Origin: Hydrolagus colliei
Lineage: Eukaryota
Assembly (NCBI GenBank): GCA_035084275.1
Contig: CM068759.1
Location: 2,542,001 to 2,606,000 of the forward strand
Direction: 5' to 3'
DNA length: 64,000 nucleotides
This document shows, in pieces, positions 13,801-28,800 of this stretch. Every line of letters starts with the position of its first letter. The stretch's first letter is position 1. The notes below the pieces were generated by a model that had not been told where the DNA came from, did not search any database, and worked only from the letters and a program-made list of their open reading frames with translations. The translations under genes and the position numbers were made by a program.

Positions 13801-16800
13801 TCTACATTGTCCTTCAAAGAATTAATGCAAGCTACATTCAATTTCTGCATGTAATCTCCTGCACTGTAGGTCAGAACAATTGCAGTTACTGAGATTGGAA
13901 AATGAGCACCGCACCAAAACTAATCTCCTTGTTCCTAAAACAAAAATAAATTCTCGCAGAACTTTCATGTCGAGGCAGAAATTATGGTACAATTTTCTCC
14001 CTGTTGATTTGCACTGGGAACACAGTTTTGCAAATCCCAGCTCACAGATTAGACAACATTACCAAATGACGGCATTGGACTACGAAATGTCAAAGACTGC
14101 ACCACGCTGCTTTCTGTTGTTCAGCGATTGACTGTGCTATGTCTGATAACTGCCTGTGGGTTTAAAATATAATGTGTGATATCTATTCTTGAACAAATTA
14201 CTTTGACCTTGGCAGGACCTGCTCAGGTAAAATCAGCTGGCTGTGCTGAGGACTGAGAGAACTCATCTTTGCAGCACTCACCTCCATCTCTTTTAAGTTG
14301 CAAAAGTGTGAGCTGGACTTGACCTCAGCCTATCCATCTGAACTTTGAGATCTGTTTTTAAAATTAGAAGGAGGCATGGGATAGGGTATATCCATTAAAA
14401 AAAAATGTCACCGCAAATGTCAGGCACCAATACTAAGATAGCTAAAAGTTTTACTCGGTCCTTACATTTGCTCAGAATAATAAGTGATTTGGTCTAGGAG
14501 CCATTGGAACATTCCCTACTTAAATACTTTGCGGCTACATTGTTTGGTCTTGCCATTTAGAAAGCCCAATTTGGAACAGCTTACTGCTGTATTACAAAAG
14601 TTTTGGGTTTCATAATAAAACATAACCTCAAAGCTATTAATATGCAGTGAAGAGAAAGCAGAAAAAAATATCTTTGCTGAAACCACTAATGGGTTTTCTG
14701 TCTCCATGCAGCACTGCTAATACTATTTACAGTTTGAATCAGTTCCCCGAGCTTTGGTGGCTTAGAGAAGAGCCTGATCTATAGAACGTGAAACTGGGAT
14801 TGAATTTCACCCTTCATCCACAATGTACATTTGCAAGCACTGGGGTGTATCTGTGGCCAGGCTGAGAACATTACTATGAAATAATTTGTTATCAGAGTGT
14901 GTGTTGAGGTGTGCAAAATGCATTTTTTCATACCATCTATCAGAGACCCATAAGATTGCTTTAGCTCAGCTTTATTCTGTCTCTTGCGCACCTGACATTC
15001 AGAAAGCTTTTAACAGTTCCTGGGGTAAAGTAATTGATAATAATTTTCTTTATAGAACACAGCAATTTTCTGCATCTGTCTGATAAGAAGACAGCTTGGT
15101 AAACTGACTATAAACTGACCACTAGCACTGGTTACATTTTACTGACCGTATTAACTCTTAGCATTTCTTTATAGTCCCCCTGTAGAATAGAGATCAGGCG
15201 TGAGAGTTTGAAGCTTGTGTAGCTGCTTGCTTTTCCACCCATTCCAGTCTGTGAAACCATATTTCCCATTGGATAAAAAGCACTCACAAAAACTGTTCGA
15301 AAGTATTTCATCGATGAGTGGCCTGAATAAACTGTATTTCAACCAAATCAGGGAAGAAATAAAAACCACCTCTGCTGAGGATTTCTTCCAACTATTGCGT
15401 ATTTCCATTGCAGATTACCCAGCAAACACAAGCATTATTATTTGCTGTACATTGTCTTCCGGCGGTGGACACCCGTATTAGTGGGTCTAATAGGATGCCT
15501 TGGCGCAGAGTTTTAATCGTGTTATTGCTTTGCGTTGTATGGCTTGAGTTAAAGAAAACTCGATAGAAATGATGTTCGAATCATATAATGCAATCCTCAG
15601 TGCCAATTGCGAGGTGCAATTTATTTTCATTTCAAGCCGTGATTCAATCACAGTGGCCTGTTTCCCATTGCTGCTTGTCATGTCAAGTGAAAAAAAATCT
15701 CATTGGATACAAAGAAAGAGAAAATATTGCACAAGTTTGAACCGTATGTGTTTCGCAGAAGAAAACGGATTGAATTGTTTCATAAGCATTTCTGGGGTTT
15801 GAGGCTATTTTGCCTAGTTTCCTGCTTAATCTCTGACCCCCCCCCCTCTATATATTTTTGCATTCCTACATACGCTATCAATTGTACACTGTGCTCAAAA
15901 GATGTACCATCAGCTTGCTCCTTCAGTTACCGAAGCAGTTTGTGGATTGCGTTACCTTCATCAATAAGTAGGCCATTACATTTTATGTCTCCAAATTTGA
16001 ACCTTAGTCCTCATTGATACAATGGCATCTTGGGATTGGATTTTTTTTTCTTTATGTAAAACGTTATTATGCAATTTTAGAAGAATACCCTCCCTCCCTG
16101 TTGAGAAACATACAGCTCTGAATTAAAATGATAAATCTTGACTGTCTGTTCGGGTAGATATTCAAGATTCTGTGGCAATGTTTAAAAATTTCCCCCCTCA
16201 TGCCCTGCCCACAATCCCCCCACTTCCCCTCTACCCCAGAAAAATTGTTTGCTCACTTCATGGCTGTTTGTCGGACATTGCTTTACAGAAACTGACTGAT
16301 GTGTTCACCTACAGAAAACTGTCGCTGTGCATTGCAGTACTATACTGCTTGTCAAGACTCACTAAATGATTTCAAATTCCTATTTCGCAGGCTTTTGCAA
16401 ACCTGCCCCAGATATCAATTGCCCGCTCATCCAGAAGATGCTTGCTTCCTTGCTTTTTTAAAAAAAAAGTTAAGATCAAACTCCCATCTGTAGTTTTTTT
16501 AAAAAAATTATTGTAACTCTTACACCTATAGCCAATATGCAGGCTAGGTTCACTCAACCAGTTGTTTTTTTTACTGTTTTACTGTACAAATGACTCCCGA
16601 TCTCTTAAGACTATTGTCACAATCTAACATGTTCACAACACGTACAGGAGATTTTTGGCTTGAATACAAAAATACCAAATTTAATTTAGAAGTAAAGGTT
16701 CCAGGATTTTCACAAACAGATGAATGTGGCCCACCCCACCACCTCGGCCCATTATTTACTCAAACTGTCCCAAGCCACAAGAAGCAAAGGGTATATATTT

Positions 16801-19800
16801 AGGAGATTTGGTAAGTTGCAAAACACTGTTACACAGATTCTGCTCCGGACATAAATTATAAATGCAATTCTCTGAAAACTGACTGATTAGAAAGCTGATC
16901 TGTTTGTGGAAGGTTTGGGAAACTGCAGATGAAATACAAGAGTCCTTCATTTAAAGTGGTTTAATTTTTTCTTTTTTCTGTTGCAGCTTTCTTTGGAAAG
17001 TATCTCAATGAGTATAATGGCAGTTACATTCCACCCGGCTGGCGAGAGTGGGTTGGATTAGTGAAGAATTCACGCTTTTACAATTACACACTTAATAGAA
17101 ATGGCGTAAAGGAGAAGCATGGATTTGACTACTCAAAGGTACTTGGCTATAACTGGTCCATTGCAGCTCTCTACAGTGTTCAACTGATGAATATGGGCAA
17201 TGATCCATCAAATTGTACTTCCATTAGAAAATTTTAGCTTCCTTTCTTCAGTGCTGTTCCTGTTTCCTGGGTCCTTAAGAAAAGTGTAGAAAGATTGAGT
17301 TTCTGCAGTGATATAATTTAGCGATTTTTTTTCTTTGAACTTTTGTAACACTTGTAGTAATTTATCTTCCGCTAACTCTGCTCAATGAGACAGTTTTATG
17401 TAAGGATCACTGGTCAAGTTATGAAAGTGACCTGAATTGTCATCAAGGACATTGTGGAAGGGAATCATAGCCATTAAAATACAGAGGGAGAAGTCAAGAT
17501 CCATATCAATTGTAATTGCCTACAATTAGTTGAGAGGAAACTTTAACTCTCCATTATCTACAGTATTATTTTTTAGGATAAGAAGAAATCTAGGAGAAAG
17601 TTTCCAAATTGAAAATCTACCATGTGTCTATATATCTCTTTCATTGTATTTGTGGTCGAAACGCAATTACATTATAACCTGCAGGTTGTACAGTAGCTGT
17701 GCAGAAATTTCATGGTCCTTTTGTTCATTAGAATATTAAAGTTCTGGCATAGAAGATAATGCAGAAACAGAATTAATAATAATCATAATCCTTGCATTTG
17801 GTATAGTGCTTTTCACGTCTTCTAGATGTGTCAAAGCGCTTAACAGAATATACTTTAAAATGAATTGACTGTATACTTGTGGGTGAAACGCAGCTACCAA
17901 TTGTGCACAGCAGTGTCCCACAAACAGTTGTGGATTGAAATGACCAATTTTATTATTGTTTTTTTTGAGAGATTATGATTAGGTGTTAATGTTAGGATCC
18001 ATTACACATCTTGACTTTATTACATAAGCGGTTGAACGGAATCAAAGTTGTGATTCCCCTTGAATGTGGATCTTATTATTTGTTCCTTGCTTTCCCTCTT
18101 GATTTAAAGTGTATTTGTTTCTGTACTCAAGGCCACAAAGTAATAACAGAATGGGCCCGCTGTCTTCCTAAGAGTAAAAATATCAGTAGACTGATATTTG
18201 TCAACATACTTGGATTCTATTTGGATAATTGGTGTGGACTGATGTGTCTATTTTAAATTTGAAGTTGTAAGTTGAGAGACAAATTCCTTATTGGTCAATT
18301 CAGTGGAAAAATTTAATTTTTTACATTTACCGGGCATCTTTCTGTGGTGCCACAAGTTCCCAATTTCTCATGCTCAAAGAATATTAATGAGGAGATTTAC
18401 AGTTTGGTATATCCGGTGTAAGCAAAGTTCCTGCTCAGCAGATCCATTTGCAAAGTCTCTCCTTCTTTAAATGTGTCTGTATTGGTTTAAACTTAACACT
18501 CCTCATCCACAATAACCAGCAATTGATTTATCAGCTAAGCACTTGTGCTTGAGGGCTGTTCTCATTGTCTTTGCACATTATCTGTCAAGAAAGATCCTCT
18601 TTCTGGGATTTAATCACTTTTTCTCCATGATAAGGATTTATAGTCGAAGTGCCTAAGTTGATTTTTCCCTCCCCACTCTCTCCCCTGCCCGCCTATTTTA
18701 ATTGCCTGATCCCAACGTCTGTTTTTAAAGCGATGTAACCAATCATCTCCCGCTGTCAGTGTTTCATCATCAGGATTTATTTTGTGGCTTAAAATGAAGC
18801 TCTTCGCTTCTATCTATTCAATCCCGCCTCCCCACCTCCTCACTGCGAGCAGTGCAAAGCTTTTATCATTGTCGCACGTCTCATCTTTGCTTGCTGTCAT
18901 TTTGTTCAGCGTTTCTTTCTACTCAGGATTGCCTCCATTCTTACAGAAACTATCAGAACTTGACATTGCCGACAAAAATCAACGTGCTCGCCCCATGTTC
19001 AGTTGCATTTTCACACCGTTGTCTCGTTTTCCTTAAACACTTTCCACAATAATATGATCACATCTGCCCGTTGACACCATCAGTTCATAAAACAAACAGC
19101 GAAGCTGGACTCTGTATCGAACTCAGCTGACTCGTTCTGCAATTGCTTTTTGACAATTTTTGTGCTCCAATCACTCTTTTCTTATGGCTTCTGCTGGCAA
19201 TGGCTGTTTTCGTAGACAGGAGCCTTTAACTGAAGTCACGGGAGCAGGAGCTGAAAGTGTTCACAAGATTGGTCTGGATAAAGAAGGTTCTTCTGCCTAT
19301 CCATCCTCCAGAACACCCACCCTTATTTATCTTCTCATCACTGCAGTAAACTGCTTTTTAAACAAGTCTGGTGCACACTGACCTCTATCATCTTTCCTGT
19401 TGTCATGTCAGAACTCCCAATATACAATTCAAGTGCGGCATCCCATCCAATAAATCCTTTTAATATTGAGGAGAAGGTTAGTTAAAGAGTTAGGGTGTAC
19501 AAAAAACAACAACTTTTATACATACATTCAAATCTTACACATATAAAGGTGATGGTATTGTGCTGCTCTGCTCTTTGTGGATCTGAATGTTCATAGATTG
19601 AAAACCAGATGCAGACCAAAGACGATTCCAACAAGTCGATCAACAAGATGAGTTTGATTGCATAATACCTTTACAAGTGGAAAGATAATGCACTACTGGG
19701 CAATGTGTTTTCTGCAGACATTTGAACTCACAGCGTTGGCAAACTGAGTGTAAACACAAGTCACAATGCCAAAAATAGCAGCAGATGTGACATGATGTGG

Positions 19801-22800
19801 CACTGAAGCCAAGTGACGATTAATGTTTCAGTGTCTTGTCGGGGCCATTGCTTTAGATTTAGAGCAGCAGATTTGAGTTGTTTTGGAATTGCTTCAGAAT
19901 CTGAAAATAATGAAACCAGACACTTTTGTGAGCAGTTGAGGGGGATAGGAGGTGATGTGGATGCTTTGCTTATTTTCACTTTGCCCCTTTGCGGAAATTA
20001 TCAGGGTGAAGATTGCTGGAGACTGTCTGATTAAAATCACCTTGAGGAGTTGATATTGGCAAGAAACTGATGACGCAAAATGACTGCCTCTTTCACTAAA
20101 TAAAATGACTCTCTTTTAATGTTCTGTTATACTGCATTTGTATTTTGCAATGTAATTAACAGACTAAACCTTTAGCCCTCTTAAAACACTTTCACCCACA
20201 AATATGCAGTCGATTCACCTTACAGTATATTCTGCGAAGCGCTTTGAGACATCGATAAGATGTGAAATGCGTTATATCAAATGCAAGGATAATTATTATT
20301 ATTTATTACCCTCCGCGGAGGGCGCTATATAAGTGCAAGCTGTTGTGAACATTGTTGAACCCGAGTCCTGGTTCATGAAGTTCTCCACATTTGTATTCTG
20401 CAGTTTCACTTGCACAGTGTGTCACTCGATGCTAAGCAAAGACATTGCTGCTGTGCAAACTACTCCCTTTGTTTTCGCTCCCAATTTCAGAAGCTACCCG
20501 AAGTGCGGAACCTCAGATAGACTTGTAACCTAGACTAAATGATCCTGCCTTCAATATATTTGATTCTGACAGGATGAAGATAAAAAGAGCAGCCTGGGGT
20601 GTGATTTATGTTGCACTATCACAATTTTTGCCAACAGCACAGCATGGTCCTATTTGCCAACGTCGTGTTCATTCCTAGAGCCATGTTCCAAGCGAAATGT
20701 TTTCAGGAGCGCTGTCGCTAAACCCACAATTTACAGCTTGCGTGAGCATGAGCTGGGATTACTGCCAGCGCCAGAAAACATTGGGGCTCATTATGTGTGG
20801 CGATCGATGTTAACTAGCGCACATGCATATAATAAAACACAAATCTCTTTATTCAAAACATTATCGGGTCACACTGTGATCATTATAATTCATCAACAAT
20901 GGGGCTGTTAGCACAATGAAGTACACCGTTCCATTCACTCCCCGTTTGTGGGTTTCTTTATGGGTGTCTGTGAACAAAACCAGGCCCATAGAAGTTGGGG
21001 ATGGGGTTTAGACTGTTTACGCAATGTAACCCATCATTCTAGCATATCGATTCATCCGTTGTAGGCATATTAGTTGTACTGTACAGACAAGAACACAAAA
21101 CTAGCATAGTTCAACAAGTTCAAACGGAATATATATTCACAAAGCAATGAGTCCAAAAGCATATAGTTTGTCACAGCACCCCAAAGCAGTTCCCATATTA
21201 GGTCACCTAAGCAGAGCAGGGAAATGGGTAATGTGTCAATTCTTGGAGATATAATGGAGCTTTGCAAAATAATGGATAGTTTTGATAGGGACACTAATTC
21301 CAATGATGTCAGTAATGAGAGGAAAATAATTAAGGTTTATCACCTGCAGATGAAATGAGAAGACTAGCAGATAGCTTTTATAAGTGTAGAGGGTTGTTAG
21401 AATGTTAACTGCTTTGCCAGAAATAGACGCTGATGCTGAGTCCTCAACCGCATTTAAAAGGGAATTGGATAAATACTTGAGGAAAACATAATGCATTGAT
21501 AAAAATTATGGGCAAAGGCCGGAGGAAAGCAATTAGAGTCGTTAGCCCCACTGGTGCTAACAGCAGCAACTCAATTGGTGGTTTGAATCGTCTCTTTCCA
21601 TGCTGTAAATATTCTGTGATTTTCGTGAAGTTACCAGGAAGCAAAGTGCTCAATAGTTTAGTTCTCAAGTTGTCCTTAGACACACTGCATAGAACGCCCA
21701 TTTGCAGTAAAAAAAACATTGTGATGGCGCTCCAATAATAAATTAATGGTTTGGCTTCCAACTCCTGGTTGGAGCGTGCTAACCTTGCGAATTTAATCCA
21801 ATCTTGTAAACCACCGAAAGAAGGTTTCCGTCTCTATACAAACTGTAACAGCTGCCAGCGCTCAGTTTATATAATAATAATGTTTGCACTACACAGTGAT
21901 TAGCTGCTCGCTAATAATGATGGGCAGTGTTGATGCATTTGTTATCAGGACCCAAGGGTTTGGGCTAATGGAGCTGCAGTAGACTTGTAATATAAATCTT
22001 ACAAGCTTACAAGCTTGTAGCGTACAAGCAGCGAACAACCTCACTACCAGCTCTAGATATTGATATCATATGGAGGAGAAGGGGTGTCAATTTGCTGGTC
22101 CACTTCATATTTATAGTACAACGGGCCATTTAGTATATTTTTGCAACCCTCACCCCAGCGGTATTCTCCTTAATGAAGTTGGGCAAATGGTTTAGGGACG
22201 ATTCATTCACCATCCATCACTTATTTCTGCAATATATGGCATGATAGTGACGGCATGTCAATGCCTAATGTGAGATAGCAATCTATTTGGATTAAAGAGG
22301 GTTTATCCAATGCTCTGCCAGAGTTCAGTTCACACAGTGCCATGGATAACATGATGATATCAGCTGTGTGTGTGCGTATTTTTCCTTTATGGCGGTAGAT
22401 GGTGAGAGATTTGTGTGATGTGTTCGCCTTGAGTCTCTGATTCTCTAGAAACGTTATAAAGTGTGAACAGAAGTCAAAAGAAGTACTGTATCCTTGTTGC
22501 TTGTTCCACCAAGACTTTCTCTGCAAGTGAACAGCGACCCATGTGTGACTGCAAGTGAAGGAAAGATAGCAAAACTGACCAGCTTAATCCAACTGCGAAG
22601 ACATACAACAGTTCTGTGCTACTTAAATGTCATTGAGAAAACTGCTATTTAAATCACTTGAGTGTCATACACTGTTGGGCAAGGAGAGATTGTTATATTA
22701 TAAGAAATATGCAATGCTCTTGAGATTTGTGATTGTCTGCAGAGCAGGCTGTTAATCCAAATTGTTTGACTATGTGTGTAGTCTGAGTTTAAGATACGAT

Positions 22801-25800
22801 TGAAGCCGATTGAAGGAGACAATGAAACACTCTGCTGTCTAAGTTCATTTTGTTGGCAAAACATGTATAGGACAGGCACATGGCAGTGCCTTTGAGGTTA
22901 TCTATGGGTTTGCGTAATTTTATTGAACTTAGAAGAGAGTGACAAATACTTGCTCACACAAAACTGTGCAGAGTGCTTCTTGAAATATGATTCATGTACT
23001 TCCTGCACAGCAGGGATTCTTAGAGATTCAAATGAAGTCAAATATATTATGGTTCTGCCCTCTCATGATTTTCTACTTCTAATAGAATGTTAAATCGTTG
23101 TACAGTACCTGGAGGAGGGGGAAATACATAATTTTTTTTAAAATCTCAAAACCCATTCTCCCCTCTCTTATCAGTGGCAGATTAACACTGTCACCGATGG
23201 CACAATGGTAGCAATCTCACGCTCGGAAGAGGTCAATTCATTGACAGACTGACTAAACGAGATCCCCTGGGACAATATTATTTCTCGAGTGCCCCCCCCC
23301 CACCACCCGTATTTGACTGCCCAACCCCTCTGGGACCGAGGCCTTCCAGGGAGCCAGTCTCACGTCCACCACTGGATCCATCAATTAACTTAAAGTTACT
23401 TAACGTTCTCCTGAAATTCTGATTCCATTAGAATCATAGAATCATAGAATTTTACGGCACAAAAGGAGGCCATTCGGCCCATCTAGTCTGTGCCGGCTCT
23501 TTGAAAAGAGCGATTCAATCCCACTGCCCTGCCCGCTCCCCATAGCCTAATAGACCCGTTCTCCCTAAATAAAGATCTAATTCCCTTTTAAAAGTTGTTA
23601 TCGACATTCTGCCCACAAAATACACTGACGGGATTCACTTTACAGTATGCCCCGTGAAGCGCTTTAAGAGGTCTCGAAGATGTGTTGAGTCTCTACATCA
23701 TATGCAAGGATTATTATTCTTATCGTTCTTTTTATTGTTATAAATGATTTTCTCGGTAGGACTACCTGACAGATTTGATGACCAACGACAGCTTGGATTA
23801 TTTTAAGTTGTCCAAGAAGATTTATCCGCACCGACCGGTTCTGATGGTCATCAGCCACGCAGCTCCCCACGGCCCCGAGGACTCAGCCCCTCAGTACTCT
23901 AAACTGTTCCCCAACGCTTCCCAGCACATGTGAGTACAGCAACTGCAATGTATCATTATTGACATTGCCTAATTGTTTGAAGAACCTAATAGATACATTT
24001 CTGTTAGAAGATAATATCTCGGGGTAGAGCATGTAGTTTCGGCAGGCAAAAATAAATGACCAAAAATAACATGTGAAACAACCCGTTGCACACCATTGGG
24101 GAAAAAAGAATAAACGACATTCAGTGTGTGTGTGAAAACCCAGTTTAGACTAGTCCCAATCTAAACTTGAAGTAACACAGAGAAATGTTCTCCTATTCTC
24201 TTACGAATGCAAATCCTAAGAACATAAAATCCCATGTATTTGTTGGTATTATTCAGAAATCTATTTAGTTTAAGAGGATTATATGATTGGTAATCGGAGC
24301 AGGACAGGAATGATGTAGGGATTAGCCAGTGGGGGTTTGGCAGGCGCTCCAGGAAATCACTCAGCAAGCGAATCCAGTCAAAGGGAGCTATTGGTCACAC
24401 AACAATGTGTAGCGAGTTCTAAACACTGCTCGTAACGTCACATTATGTCTGTCGCCACAGTTTTGGCCCGTTGTCAGACTAAAGTGAAAGCAACTGGAGT
24501 GGTTTAAACGCTTTGAGTTGCTGTTGTCATCGTAATTATAGGGCTAGGAATTGTGATGTTTCTTGGCAGAGTCAATGCGTTGATTAACACATCAAATCCG
24601 TTTGAGAGAGGAAAAAAATTGCAATTTTCACTCACCAGTCTGTGAAAACTCTGGTTAGTTTGTTGAGTTCAGAGACTCCTGTAATTAGCTCAGACCTGAC
24701 TTAATTACATTATTACCTGCACCTATGTGCCCTGGAAACCATGCATGTAAGAAGGAATGAGAGATCATATCTGTAGGTCATGACATACATACATTATGAT
24801 ACAGAGAGATCATTCAAGGTTACTGGTAAAATGGGTCACCAGGAGCATTAAGGCTAGCTTGATACCACTGCTGTGTTCATTCAGCCATTAATTCAGACCA
24901 ACGGCCATGGAATTGAATGAAGGGGAGATTTTGTTTTTAAAAAAATATGTTTTAGCTAATTCAAGACTTTTCATCCAGAGTTAAGTGCTATAATTAAATA
25001 TTACTATTCAAAGGATTTAATTTTAATGGAGATATTTAGTTTATTCCATTAGACTACCTCACAAATACTGTACTTGTGTTTTATATGCATTTGCTCATGT
25101 ACAGATTTCTGCATTATATCAGCAGGGAAGAAGGATAAAATGGCAGGTGGTAATGGAGAGTGAGATGATTTGAAGTTGTAAGCCTAGCTGCTAGCATATA
25201 TATTGACAGGTATCTACAAGCATCTAAAATCCAGATCTGTTGCAAAATCTACCACTGAGATGAGATTCCCTGGTGCTAGATTCAGTTTGGAGCTTATTAT
25301 TGATTTATTTGATCTCTAATTTTATAGTAAAAATCATTTTTCCTGGGACAGTTAGTAATGAGCCTTTAGTTTCTGTGTGGCAACAAAGCAATAACCCAAC
25401 ACAGTACAAAATACATTGAACAATTTTATTTTAGTCTGATTTTATTCTTACATTTATTTTATATTATATAGAATAATTTTATATTGAGCCTGCCTTAAGG
25501 CTTACCTCTTTGACTGCACTTTTGATAATCTTTCCCCTCCCCATGCTTTTTGGCTTCTAGTTCCACCTCACCCCACCTCCTGCATTCACCTCTAGCAGTT
25601 TAAGATTTCCCCCTGAACATAAATATAAATTGAGCTGTATTTCCATTGTATTGTACATACTTCATTTATTGCAAAATTAGTCTGCTAATAACCGTTGATG
25701 TCCTAAAAGACTTGCATTGATCTTGTATTATGATGCATCAATAATGTGGATTAATTTTCAGCAAACTGTCAAATGCTCGTTCTAGTATTGCTCCATGCGA

Positions 25801-28800
25801 CCATTTATAGTTTATCAACATTGGCCTCGGAAAATATTGAATGTTTCGCAAATGCATTTTATCAGTTTATCGGCAGATAGGGTGATGGCTGCTCACACCT
25901 ATTTGAGCCTTTGGGTAACGGAGCTTGATGAATAAGATTGATGCCGTTCTTTACTGACTGTTTTTATCCTGACTTAATTACATCTGCAGTACTCCCAGCT
26001 ATAATTACGCGCCCAACCCAGACAAGCATTGGATTATGAGGTACACAGGACCAATGAAACCCATTCACATGGAATTCACCAACATGCTGCAGAGGAAGCG
26101 GTTGCAGACTTTAATGTCTGTGGATGACTCGATACAAAAGGTAGAGGAGTAAAGCTACCTGAAACAAGCTGGAATATTTGAAAGCACTCAAAGCTTGAAT
26201 GCACTTTCCACCTATTACTGTATTAATATGGGTCATACATGTTTTATGACTGATGAATGACTTGGCCATTAACAATCTAGACTCCTGAGCAATGGCTGTA
26301 GGTGATGTATATACATACAGGCGAGTTAACGAGTATGATTGAGGCATGTTAATATGAGAGAGAGAGGGGGTGGGGTGGTGGGGGGCGGGGGCGGTAATCA
26401 GCTTGTGATTGCACAGTGTGCAAGAGCCCAATTTACAGCATCACTCAAACCGAGGATTGTGTCGCAGCTTGAAGAGTTATTGAACTGACAAGCTGCTAAA
26501 TACAAAGAAACAGTTCCCCGTGGAAAGAGGCTGGAGCGCAAATTTGCTTTTCGTTAAAAATATTTTGCGTATCTATTTTTCCAGCTCTTCGACATGCTGG
26601 TGGAGACCGGTGAAGTGGAAAATACGTATTTAATCTACACAGCGGATCACGGGTACCACATCGGACAGTTTGGGCTCGTCAAGGGGAAATCGATGCCTTA
26701 TGAGTTTGACATCCGAGTGCCATTTTTCATACGTGGTCCGAACGTGGAGGCTGGATCAATGTAAGACGTTATTAAATTATTACTTTGCCACTAGCTAGAG
26801 GAAGGCTAGGAAACCTGATTTATTCACCTTATAATAGAAGCTGCTTAGTGGGACAGTCTGGCCAACGTTTGATCTTGACCGCAAATGGTTTCTCCAACTT
26901 TAGAAGCCAGTTTACAACCTGAATGTTTTCTATTAATGTTAATTCTATTGCTGCGTTTTTGTTAAAAAAATATGTGCTGTGGTAATTATCACCGTTGGTG
27001 ACACATGTTCAAACCCAATATCTTGAGTGGCTTAAATGTAATGTAAATTTTTTAAACATACTTTTAAGCTGTAACTTGGTTACGAGCTGTCCCATTAACT
27101 GAATTTTCCTAATCAAGCATTCATTTTACAACTGAATTCCACACCCTCCCTCCCTCCCTCCCTCCCTCCCTCCCAAAAAGACAAATTGAAAGACCCTTGC
27201 TAACACTGAAATACCTTTAGAAAATCGACACGGAAATAAGAACATCTTCCACGTGATTATTTGCTTCGTTACATGGGTAACATCAAGACTACCTGATAGC
27301 TATTGTTGGAGGCTCCAAAACAGTCTCTGGAGCAGAACATCGTTCGCTCCCCCAAATTCCCATGAGAGCATGGATACCCCTTAATGAAATTGCCTTCCTG
27401 ATGATTAAAGTTTCTCGTCTGTAAATGACGAGGGAAACCTTTCGTATCCCGTTCAATTCCACGATGCTTATTTGTCTTTTCTCTGAAGGAAAAATACCGT
27501 ACTAATGACACACATTAGGTTCCACTCCAAGTGCCTCAATGAATGTTGTGACCCTAATTTAATGAGTGCACAAACCTGAAATGATTTTCTGCCACCTGCA
27601 ATTTACTGATGGCCCTCATCGGTACCAACTTCCCTGACTTGGAACGTGTGTGTGCAGATTGCTTGGCTAATGCGACTGCGGATGAATTGGATAAAACTCT
27701 TCAGCTTTGAAGAGAGACTTCTCAGGGAGAGATGTAGAGCTGCAATGAGTTAGAGAGAACAGACCAGGGACAGCACAGGCCATTTCATATTCACCAACGC
27801 AACAAGCCTCACGCATCGTCAAGTTAGGGCTGTTGATTTGTAGGCTAACCTGGTTGAAGTAAGGTAAATGTATGTTGAACACTATCACATTGTTACAGAG
27901 AAGACATTGTCTAAAATGTTTTATTCTTAAACATAGCTTGAGATTTTTTTTGTATATAAAACAGATTGCGTAATCGTTGGCATTGGATATGGGAAAGTAT
28001 TGACCCTGACTGCATGACGGAGTAAATTAGGACAGAGCCTGGTATCACTGATTATCACAGACTAATGTGATCGAATGGCCTGTATCATTCTATGTAATTA
28101 AATGTTAATTCAACTCCCTCAGTTGCTCTTCCAACCAGTTCAGTTGATGTCAGCAGCACCCAGAAAAATATTCCAACACATGCTTTAGTCAGAAAAAAAA
28201 GTTGATTATAATGTGATGATGAGATTCCGTCTTTGAGATAAATGACATAGTTTTTCCATGAGTGTAAACCACAGAAGAATGTGTTAAATGTAGCATTCTT
28301 ACTGGAAGTTCCACTGGATATCCGTTTCACATCGGTGCTATAGAGTTCTTAATATTCCCAGAGAAACGCTATCAAAAATAACTTATTCACAGGTACTAAT
28401 GGCCTCAAAATTGCTTGCAGAAACAAAAGTTTCTTTATTAATATCTCTGAAAGGCTTCATCGTATGAATATTGCTTCCAGACAGAGAGTTGATGGCAATA
28501 ATTAAATCAAGGGACTTAAATGATCTTCTAAAACACAAGAGCAAAGCTCAAGTGGTTCATACTTGCCATTTGAACTATAGAGACTGCAATAGTGCTTTTC
28601 CACTTACCTTATTAACCAGATACAGTTTCTGTTTTTAATTCATTCAATTGAATTTACTTGTGACCTTCAGCTTCACAGAGCTTTCTTTGGTCATCATATT
28701 TTAGAATAGAGAGAGTGGTTTAAGTATTGAGATGTGAGGGGATACAGCTTTCTCCTCTCTCTCTCTAGAGAAGAGGCAATTGAGAGGGCGACCTGATAGT

